Origin: Caldivirga maquilingensis IC-167
GTDB lineage: Archaea; Thermoproteota; Thermoprotei; Thermoproteales; Thermocladiaceae
Assembly: GCF_000018305.1 (NCBI RefSeq)
Contig: NC_009954.1
Coordinates: forward strand, 1,890,001 to 1,922,000
Length of the DNA: 32,000 nt
Direction: 5' to 3'
Position numbers and translations under genes: made by a program. Each line of letters starts with the position of its first letter. The first letter of the stretch is position 1. The notes under the pieces were generated by a model. It was given only the letters and a program-made list of their open reading frames with translations, was not told where the DNA came from and ran no database searches. Below, one piece after another: positions 8,624 through 16,687 of this stretch.

Positions 8624-8688
8624 TGAAGATATAGATTAATGAAGATATAGATTAATGAAGATATAGATTAATGAAGATATAGATTAAT
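8621..8688. repeat. Perfect tandem repeat: 16-bp unit 'taatgaagatatagat' x4 plus a 4-nt partial fifth copy
   Basis: Read directly from the sequence. The first unit begins with the TAA stop of the CoA-transferase gene. The array ends 78 nt before the HTH regulator start. Confidence 0.95.
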
Positions 8689-8765
8689 AATTAAAGGTGT
8701 CATTTAAATAAGAAAAGTAGTAATGTTTTTATATTTCTTATTTAATTTGAAAGTAACGGGTTTCT

Positions 8766-9449
8766 ATGTATCTAGTTACTTTAAGGATTCACAGCGGGTG
8801 CGGACTAGCTATGGCCGCGAAGGTTGTGCAATCCCGCATTATATCAATAAATGCTTATCCAATTAATGATAAAATGAACATAGTGCTCGCACTTTTTAAG
8901 GTGGACAAAAAAGAGGATGATGTTATGGCTATTAGGTCATTAAAGAGGGATTTCTTAAAACTATCTAACTTATCGCTGCATGAGAATAATAACAAAAAGT
9001 ATTATGTTATTTCCGGTGTAAAAAGTGGTCATGGTGTGCTTTATCCACTGGTTAAGCATAATGCAATACCGTTATTGCCTTACATTGCATTGCCTAATGC
9101 TGAGTCCTTCATCTTCTTACATCACGATAAGAGTACCATAGACGACATCGTCGATGAAGTAAGTCATAAAAATAAACTGGAATATTTTGACTATAAAAGG
9201 ATAAGTAATGGAAATGATATAATGAGGATAATCACTAAAAACTTCAATGAAATATACCTCTACGATCTTGATGATTATGAGCGTAAGGTGCTGAAAATAG
9301 CTATCAATATGGGTTATTTCGATTGGCCTAAGCGTGTAAAAATAGATGAAATAGCTAGAGAATTGGGTGTTTCGAAACCCATGATTTCCTATTACCTTAG
9401 GAAGGCCAGTAGAAATATTTTTGACAAAATGGGGCTGAGGCGTTTCTAA
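8766..9449 (+). CDS. Transcriptional regulator with a C-terminal HTH_10 (bacterio-opsin activator-like) domain
   Basis: The C-terminus '[49 protein letters not shown]' matches the Bat-type HTH pattern (GYFD-xPR ... ela..lgis..t...hlr). I do not recognise the N-terminal about 165 aa. Confidence 0.7.
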   Translation: MYLVTLRIHSGCGLAMAAKVVQSRIISINAYPINDKMNIVLALFKVDKKEDDVMAIRSLKRDFLKLSNLSLHENNNKKYYVISGVKSGHGVLYPLVKHNAIPLLPYIALPNAESFIFLHHDKSTIDDIVDEVSHKNKLEYFDYKRISNGNDIMRIITKNFNEIYLYDLDDYERKVLKIAINMGYFDWPKRVKIDEIARELGVSKPMISYYLRKASRNIFDKMGLRRF

Positions 9450-10285
9450 TGAATACGGAGGCCCATGTTAAGGACGGCTTGCACTGGCTCTCATGCTTCA
9501 AGGCTCAGCAGGTGGCTGAGTTCTCACTAAGGTCAATACTAAGGGCGCTTGGGAGACCAGCCTTCGGGCACAACCTAGTGGCGTTCCTAAACGAGTTAGC
9601 GGGCATTTGCCCAGGGCTCACGACCGAGCTCAGGTTCTGTGTGGGTTACCTGGATAAGATGTACGTAAGTGGATTCAACTATGGCGATATTGAGAAGGCA
9701 CCGCCGCATAGGTTGGTTAAGGAGTACGGTGTTACCCACGAGAAGCTTTGGAATAACCTTAGGGAGTTCCTTGAGTATATAGTGCCAATTGCGGAGCAGA
9801 GTAATGTTAAGATAGCAATGCACCCCGATGATCCACCAATACCCGAGTTTAGGGGTATACCGAGGATCATGAATTCCATTGAGTCCTTTGAGAAACTACT
9901 GATCCTAGTCAGGAGTGATTATAATGGTATAACTCTATGTCAAGGAAACTTCACATTAATGACTGACGACCTACCAAGCGTCATTAAGAGGTTTAGGGAT
10001 AGGATATTCTTTGTGCATTTCAGGGATGTTAAAGGTGATAGGTATAATTTCGTGGAGACGTTGATAGGTGAGGGTAAGACGGACCTGGTGGGGGTCATGA
10101 GGGCGTACGTGGAGATTGGCTATAATGGTTACGTTAGGGTTGATCACACACCAACCCTTGAGAATGACGCAGAATTAGGTGCACCTGGTTATAACTACCT
10201 GGGTAGAATCTACACAATAGGTTATATTAAGGGCCTTTATGAAGCAGTTAAGAGGGAATTTAGTAAGGAGATATTAAATGCATAA
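9449..10285 (+). pseudogene. Chimeric ORF: a truncated HEPN core (about aa 1-72) fused in frame to the C-terminal two thirds of mannonate dehydratase (UxuA)
   Basis: HEPN part: '[34 protein letters not shown]...YLDKMYVS', with Rx4H in 'RPAFGH'. UxuA part: '[25 protein letters not shown]', 'FFVHFRDV', 'VRVDHTP...[10 protein letters not shown]'. This is collinear with E. coli UxuA from about residue 215 to the end, as recalled from memory. The UxuA N-terminal half is absent. Confidence 0.7.
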
Positions 10286-10327
10286 GATAGCACCCTTAAA
10301 TTACTTAAGGGTCATTTTGTTGAGTTA

Positions 10328-11685
10328 ATGGTTAAGGAGCAATTAATTAACGAGCTAAGGAAGCTCGGCATGACGTATGAGTTTGGTGAGAGGAGGGATT
10401 TCATAGGATTCCCTGTAAACCCCTGGTAATTGTTTATCCTCGTAATGAGCAGGACGTCATTGCCTTGGTGAAACTCGCTAATGAGTATAAGGTGCCTGTA
10501 ATACCGTGGGGTGCTGGGACAAGTCTCACTGGTGCGTTGTCATGTGATGGTTGCGTCTTAATTGATATGAAAATGATGAATAGTGTTCTCGAAGTTAATA
10601 CTGTTGATTGGTATGTTAGAGTTCAACCAGGGATAATCCTTGATAGACTTAACGAGGAACTTGCAAGGTACGGCTTCTTCTTCCCAGTGGATCCAGCGAG
10701 CCATTACATGTGCACTGTGGGGGGTATGATTGCAACTGGTGCTGGTGGAATGAGGGCTCTGAGGTACGGAACCATGAAGGACTGGGTCCTGGCGCTCAAG
10801 GTTGTTTTACCCATGGGTGAAGTTGCTCAATTCGGTGAACCACTGAGGAAGGATAGGGCAGGCTATGATCTGGTTCATCTATTCATCGGCAGTGAGGGTA
10901 CCCTTGGGATTATAACTGAGGCATGGCTTAGAATAATACCGATACCGAAGAAGTCATTCACCACGTTGCTAATAGGTATTGAAAATGAGGATGAACTTGG
11001 TAAGTTGGTGGTGAAGATTAGGGAGGGTGGCTTGTTACCTGAGTTGATGGAGTACATGGACTATTACTCAATAATGGCTGTTAATAAGGTATTCAATGGT
11101 AATTTACCTGAAGCACCTGGTGGATTATTGATTATTCGAATAGAGGGCGAGTACATGGACGACTTAATGAACATAGTGAAACATGTTGGATTGCAAAATG
11201 TTAAAACATTGGTAAGTGAAGAAGAGGCTAAGGAGGTTTTAATGCTTAGGTCAAGGGCTGGTGAGGCTATAAAGGCATTCTATGGGAACTTCTTCTCAGA
11301 GGATTTATCGCTACCTATCTCGAGGATTACTGATGCAATTAAGGAGGTGAGGAGGGTGGAGCGGATTATGGGGAAACCAATACCAATACTAGCACACATT
11401 GGTGATGGTAATATGCACCCGCACATACTTATTGAGCCAGGTAAGGAGGAAGAGGCAGATAGGGTATATGAGGAGCTTTGTAGAATAGCAATTAAGATTG
11501 GCGGTAGTATAACGGGGGAGCATGGTGTTGGGCTTCAAAAAGCCCGATTACTCTATGAGCAGTTTAAGTCACGTAATAACCTAAAGGCATTACTAATTAT
11601 GAGGAGGATCAAGGAGTTAATGGATCCAAACGATATAATGAACCCCAATAAATACGTAGAATTATCCTTAAAATATACGAATTAA
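10328..11685 (+). pseudogene. FAD-linked oxidase (GlcD / D-lactate dehydrogenase family) interrupted by a frameshift near 10405-10430
   Basis: A 33-aa ORF (10328-10429, 'MVKEQLINELRKLGMTYEFGERRDFIGFPVNPW*') looks like the family N-terminus. The FAD-binding domain continues in another frame from 10390 ('KPLVIVYPRNEQDVIALVKLANEYKVPVIPWGAGTSLTGA'). The C-terminal 'GEHGVGLQKARLL' is intact. The track ORF starts at a TTG (10465). Confidence 0.7.
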
Positions 11686-11938
11686 TACTCATGACATGCT
11701 TGGATTATACCTGCCATTCATGGCCTTCCTCTCATCATTCATGAATACGAGTACCACGGAACCAACCACATTATTAAACCTAATGACACAGTACCTAAAG
11801 GCCTTATTACCACCAACCCTATAAACAACTACCAAAATCTTAACACCGTCCATAACCCATAATACCGAGGAACCCTAATATAAATCCAGATAAGCTAGGT
11901 AATTCTTAAAAATTAAATAAAATATCTACTTGTCAGTT

Positions 11939-13042
11939 ATGGTTCATTTTGTTCTAAATAAGCAAGACGTTGAGGATTTAGTTGTTGGCGCCGCTATACT
12001 TGGTACCGGCGGTGGTGGCGATCCATATATTGGTAAATTAATGGTTCTTCAGGAATTAGAACGCGGTAGAAAAATCGAAGTTGTTAGTATCGACGAGATT
12101 GATGATGAGGCCTTCATAATACCCGTAGCCGCTATGGGAACGCCTGTAGTTCTAATGGAGAAGATACCCAGCGGCAAGGAGGCATTGTTCTCACTTAATT
12201 TATTAGAGAAGTACTTTAATAGAAAGGTGGACTTTATATCACCAATTGAGGCTGGTGGTGTTAATTCCACGATACCTCTTGTGGTGGCAGCAGAAAGGGG
12301 ATTGCTTGTTATTGATGCTGATGGTATGGGTAGGGCATTTCCCGAACTTCAAATGGTCACTTTTCACATATACGGAATAAAAGCAACACCAATGGCTCTT
12401 TCTGATGAACGTGGTAATGCAATTATACTTGATGCTATTGATAACTTCTGGGCTGAAAGGATAGCTAGAACTGTAACCGTTAGATTTGGTGGCTCTGCTT
12501 GGATAGCTATCTATCCAACTTATGGGAAACCATATAAAGATGCTGCTGTGAAGGGCAGTATATCATTTGCGATTGAAATAGGTAGAACACTAAGGGATGC
12601 AAAGATCACTGGCAAGAATCCAATTGATGCATTGCTAGATGTAACTAAGGGTTATGCCCTATTTAAAGGTAAGATCATTGATGTGCAAAGGTTTAATATA
12701 GGTGGTTTTGCAAGAGGTGAGGCTGTGATTGAAGGGCTCGATGAATATAAAGATTCAAAGATTACTATTAAATTTCAAAATGAAAATCTCGTAGCAATTA
12801 AGGATGGAGAGATTATAGCATCGGTACCCGATTTAATAACAGTACTTGATAGTGAAACCAGTAAACCCATAACCACAGAGAGACTTAGATATGGTTTAAG
12901 GGTTATCGTAATTGGTATACCGTGCAATGAAAAATGGAGAAATCCAAGAGGTCTAGAAGTTGTAGGGCCTAAGTACTTTGGTTATGACATTGATTATGTA
13001 CCCATTGAAATGAGAGTTAAGAAAATAGGTGGTGTGGCATGA
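11939..13042 (+). CDS. DUF917 family protein (Pfam PF06032-type, a usual partner of hydantoinase-like proteins)
   Basis: Characteristic N-terminal 'VVGAAILGTGGGGDPYIGKLM'. It overlaps the downstream HyuA-like gene by 4 nt (ATGA). The track ORF begins at TTG 11930, and the first ATG is 11939. Confidence 0.8.
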   Translation: MVHFVLNKQDVEDLVVGAAILGTGGGGDPYIGKLMVLQELERGRKIEVVSIDEIDDEAFIIPVAAMGTPVVLMEKIPSGKEALFSLNLLEKYFNRKVDFISPIEAGGVNSTIPLVVAAERGLLVIDADGMGRAFPELQMVTFHIYGIKATPMALSDERGNAIILDAIDNFWAERIARTVTVRFGGSAWIAIYPTYGKPYKDAAVKGSISFAIEIGRTLRDAKITGKNPIDALLDVTKGYALFKGKIIDVQRFNIGGFARGEAVIEGLDEYKDSKITIKFQNENLVAIKDGEIIASVPDLITVLDSETSKPITTERLRYGLRVIVIGIPCNEKWRNPRGLEVVGPKYFGYDIDYVPIEMRVKKIGGVA

Positions 13043-14610
13043 CAAAGTACAAGATTGGTATTGATGTTGGTAGCACACATACAGATGCTGTGATACTTGA
13101 TGAAAATAATAATTTAATATATGCTGCTAAAACCATGACTACACCCGATGTTACATCAGGAATAATTAATGCATTAAAACTTATTCTTGAAAACTCCGGT
13201 ATTAGTAAAGATGATGTTGTAGCCGTAATGTTTGGAACTACGCACGTTATTAATGCAATAGTTCAAAGGAGAAATCTTGGCAGAGTCGGAGTAATTAGAA
13301 TCGGATTACCCGCTACTGAGGCTATAGTGCCTATGCTTGACTGGCCAAGTGATCTTAAAAATGCTATTCTAGCGAGTTCATACATGGTTAAGGGTGGTCA
13401 TGATTATACTGGCGAGCCTATTACTAATTTTGACGATAATAACATCAAAAGGATACTTAAGAATTTTACAGAAAAGGGAGTAGACGCTGTAGCGATTACA
13501 TCTGTATGGTCTATAGTTAATCCTGAACATGAAAATAAAGTTCTCGACATTGCTAAGGAGACTATGCCTAATACACCGATTGTTTTATCACATGAAATAG
13601 GTTCAATAGGACTTTTAGAAAGAGAAAACGCAACAATACTTAATGCCGCTACAATTAATGTCATGAAAAATGCCATTAATTCCCTTAAGAGCGCACTCAA
13701 TAGCATGGGATTAAGCCACGTTAAAATGTTTTTTGCACAGAATGATGGAACAACAGCCTCTGCTGACTATATAATGAGGTTCCCTATATTCACTGTCATA
13801 GCACCTATATCAAATAGTATACGCGGTGCCTATGTCTTAACAGGAATACCAAATGCTATAGTTGCTGATACTGGTGGCACAACAACAAACATAGGCGCAC
13901 TCGTTAATGGCTATCCACGTGAAGCCCTAGAAGTAGAGATTGGGGGTGTTAGAACAAATATTAGGGCGCCCGATATAATCGCCATAGGATTGGCAGGCGG
14001 TAGTATTGTTAGAGTCGAAGGCAATGATGTGAAGATAGGGCCTGTCAGTGTTGGGTATAGATTAATTTATGAAGGTATTGCATGGGGTGGTGAGACAATA
14101 ACGGCCACTGATATAGCACTTGCAAAGGGTGTTATGGTAATAGATGATCCACAATGTAAATCAGAACTTGCCAAAGCTAAGATACCTCAGTGGTTAGTTG
14201 AAAAAGCCTATGATAAGATGGTTAAGATGCTAGAGGATGCTCTAGATAAAATAAAGACAAGGCCAGAGCCTGAAACTGTGATTCTGGTAGGTGGAGGATC
14301 TGCCATGTGGCCAAGAAGATTAAAGGGTGCTAAGGAGGTTATTAGACCCGATAATGCACAATACGCAAATGCCATAGGTGCAGCAACAGCATTAGTAGGT
14401 GCAACAGTAGAGAAAGCGTATTCTTATGAAAAAACCTCTAGAAGTGATGCTATTAATGATGCATCTAAAGAAGCCATTCTACGAGCAATACAGGCCGGTG
14501 CCGATCCAGCTACCGTAGAGATTGCCGAAGTTGAAGAAATAGCAATGCCATATTTACCAGGAAATGCTGTTAAGGTTAGGGTTAAAGCTGTTGGTAAATT
14601 GAAAATTTAA
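13039..14610 (+). CDS. Hydantoinase/oxoprolinase family protein (HyuA-like, ASKHA fold)
   Basis: N-terminal 'IGIDVGSTHTDAVILD', 'VMFGTTHVINAIVQR', and 'ADTGGTTTNIG' (second phosphate-binding motif). 523 aa. Confidence 0.85.
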   Translation: MTKYKIGIDVGSTHTDAVILDENNNLIYAAKTMTTPDVTSGIINALKLILENSGISKDDVVAVMFGTTHVINAIVQRRNLGRVGVIRIGLPATEAIVPMLDWPSDLKNAILASSYMVKGGHDYTGEPITNFDDNNIKRILKNFTEKGVDAVAITSVWSIVNPEHENKVLDIAKETMPNTPIVLSHEIGSIGLLERENATILNAATINVMKNAINSLKSALNSMGLSHVKMFFAQNDGTTASADYIMRFPIFTVIAPISNSIRGAYVLTGIPNAIVADTGGTTTNIGALVNGYPREALEVEIGGVRTNIRAPDIIAIGLAGGSIVRVEGNDVKIGPVSVGYRLIYEGIAWGGETITATDIALAKGVMVIDDPQCKSELAKAKIPQWLVEKAYDKMVKMLEDALDKIKTRPEPETVILVGGGSAMWPRRLKGAKEVIRPDNAQYANAIGAATALVGATVEKAYSYEKTSRSDAINDASKEAILRAIQAGADPATVEIAEVEEIAMPYLPGNAVKVRVKAVGKLKI

Positions 14611-15560
14611 GACGAATCACCTAAACCTCTTCTCATGATTTCACTTAATTCGCCATAAGTGTTTTTTAAAATGTTCCATTCATTTTCATCATAAAACTTC
14701 ATCTTACCTGTAGTAAATTCATAAGCAACCTCTAATATGAATCGTGATGCTTGATCCAGTGATATTAAATTTGTGACGTTAGTAGCAGAGCCTGGTATTA
14801 CTGTTTCCGTAGTAATGGCAACACCAACTACAGGTGATTTCGTGAATAACCATGGTTGTACTATACTGTTTATATGATAAACAGGTACCGTAAATGGTAT
14901 TATATCCTGCATAGTTAACGGTACAATGATGGGGGTTCTACCAGTTACATTCATGTATATTTTTATCAAGTCAGGGCTTACCTTCAATATCCATCCCTCC
15001 TTAACAGTTGGTGTTATCGCGAAACCTAAATTCTTAACAACTAAATTAGCCTTTGTGGCATCAACACTTAGTATTGCATCCATTTCAGGTTTAACCTCTC
15101 TCCTTAAAATTTCAAATAAATTAATAGGGCTTCTTATTAATGGTGCAGGTTCATGCGGTATTACTATGGCATTGGGGCAAATATTAGTCGTTATGATAAC
15201 ATCCCCGGGTAATGCATCACCCCTACGGGCCATCTCTGCTATTTTATAAGCAACAGCTAATGCTGTAATTACACCATCTGCATCAGAAACAAGCCCTTTA
15301 ATTGTTGGTCTAGCACTAATACCACCAGCTCTGCCAGTAATACCCAGTGTTGGTGCTGTCCCACCTAATTTTTTACCTTGTGCGCCTGGTATTAAAATAG
15401 TTACCAAGTCAACAGAACCATCATTACCTTTAATGGTTTCAACATCAACCCTTAAGTAATTAGAATATTTTGCTTCAAGGAAATCCTTGACTCTATAGCC
15501 ATCAATTTTAGGATCTTCTAAAATATCAATTACCTCTATTAAGTATTTAACCATTGACAT
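14607..15560 (-). CDS. DUF1177-like conserved protein. The family assignment is from memory of gene-neighbourhood partners and is tentative. The maximal ORF extends to 15587.
   Basis: Long clean ORF. I prefer the start at 15560 ('MSMVKYL') because 'ctttttat' on the minus strand (plus 15586-15593) ends 25 nt upstream. The 15587 start would leave only 14 nt to the divergent gene. Confidence 0.6.
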   Translation of the reverse strand: MSMVKYLIEVIDILEDPKIDGYRVKDFLEAKYSNYLRVDVETIKGNDGSVDLVTILIPGAQGKKLGGTAPTLGITGRAGGISARPTIKGLVSDADGVITALAVAYKIAEMARRGDALPGDVIITTNICPNAIVIPHEPAPLIRSPINLFEILRREVKPEMDAILSVDATKANLVVKNLGFAITPTVKEGWILKVSPDLIKIYMNVTGRTPIIVPLTMQDIIPFTVPVYHINSIVQPWLFTKSPVVGVAITTETVIPGSATNVTNLISLDQASRFILEVAYEFTTGKMKFYDENEWNILKNTYGELSEIMRRGLGDSS

Positions 15561-15601
15561 TAAGAAAGACTTTAATTTCAGCGGCATAAAAAGATTACCA
15601 C
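15561..15601. promoter_or_regulatory. Compact bidirectional promoter with interdigitated TATA boxes
   Basis: Plus-strand 'ctttaattt' (15569-15577) lies about 24 nt before the ATG at 15602. Minus-strand 'ctttttat' (15586-15593) lies 25 nt before the ATG at 15560. Confidence 0.35.
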
Positions 15602-16273
15602 ATGACGCGCGACATTAAGGTGGGATTCATAACCATAGGGCAATCACCAAGAACTGACATAATACCAGAAATAATGCCCATTCTCGGTAATAATATAAAA
15701 ATAATAGAATGCGGTGCACTAGACGATTTATCCTTAAACGAAATCAAAAAATTAGCACCTAAGGATAATGATTACATACTCGTTACTAGATTAAGAGATG
15801 GTACCCAAGTAATGCTTAGCAGGAGTAAAATAATTGACTTAATGCAAAAATGTATTGAAAAACTGGAAAAAGATGTTAATTTAATAGGATTATTATGTAC
15901 AGGTGATTTTCCAGAACTTAAGTCTAATATTTTAATGATCGAACCATCTAAATTAACAATGAATGTTGTTAAATCTATGAATGTTAAAAAACTAGGTATT
16001 TTTGTACCTGATAAATCTCAAATTAACTTAATAAAAAATAGATGGTTAAATATAGTTAATGATGTAACTGTAGTTTCATCATCAGCTTACATAAATACTA
16101 TTGATAAATTTAAAGAATTATCAAAACAATTAATTGATACCGATTTAATCGTGCTTGATTCATTTGGATATTCCATAACAATTAAGAAAACGGTTGCTGA
16201 AATTACAAAGAAACCTATAATATTACCTAGAACACTCCTTGTGCGAGTAATTAAAGAATTATTAGAAATCTGA
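15602..16273 (+). CDS. AroM family protein (Asp/Glu/hydantoin racemase-like fold)
   Basis: Collinear with E. coli AroM as recalled from memory. 'VGFITIGQSPRTDIIPEI' matches 'ILTIGVVPMQEVLP'. 'MIEPSKLTMNVVKSM...LGIFVP' matches 'FLEPSRILPPLVSSI..VGVIVP'. 'DLIVLDSFGY' matches 'DVIMLDCLGF'. 'PIILPRTLLVRVIKELL' matches 'PVLLSNVLIARLAAELL'. Confidence 0.7.
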   Translation: MTRDIKVGFITIGQSPRTDIIPEIMPILGNNIKIIECGALDDLSLNEIKKLAPKDNDYILVTRLRDGTQVMLSRSKIIDLMQKCIEKLEKDVNLIGLLCTGDFPELKSNILMIEPSKLTMNVVKSMNVKKLGIFVPDKSQINLIKNRWLNIVNDVTVVSSSAYINTIDKFKELSKQLIDTDLIVLDSFGYSITIKKTVAEITKKPIILPRTLLVRVIKELLEI

Positions 16274-16318
16274 TAAATATAATATTTAAAATGGATTAAT
16301 AATTTTAACTAATATTAC

Positions 16319-16687
16319 TTATAATCTTAATATATTAATCTTACTTCTCCATGCAAGATATAAATCAATTATCCACAGTGCCGTTACTATACTCGTAACA
16401 GTCAATTCAAGCGGCTTAACAGGATTATTCATAAACGGTGATACTTGGATCGCTATATAAGCAGTAATTATGGATATTACTAACCAAGCATCTGCGATAA
16501 TCCTGCTTACTTGGTTTTTCCAGGAGAAGTATATACTCATTAATGAAGTTATAAGCATGAATAATGTCGCTGCCAATGTATGGTACATGGCATAAATATT
16601 GACATTATATTTTAACACTGCAAGTAAAATTACTGAAAATACTAATTGAATTATCGCAAAGTATAAACTTAATCTTGAAAAGTTCAT
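16319..16687 (-). CDS. Small integral membrane protein (about 4 TM helices), translationally coupled to the permease
   Basis: 122 aa with four hydrophobic stretches. Its start overlaps the permease stop by 4 nt (16684-16687). Confidence 0.6.
   Translation of the reverse strand: MNFSRLSLYFAIIQLVFSVILLAVLKYNVNIYAMYHTLAATLFMLITSLMSIYFSWKNQVSRIIADAWLVISIITAYIAIQVSPFMNNPVKPLELTVTSIVTALWIIDLYLAWRSKINILRL

Noticed and set aside
8621-8688. The tandem repeat as a possible CRISPR array
   Set aside because: The units are contiguous 16-mers with no spacers, far shorter than CRISPR repeats. I recognised no cas genes in the window.
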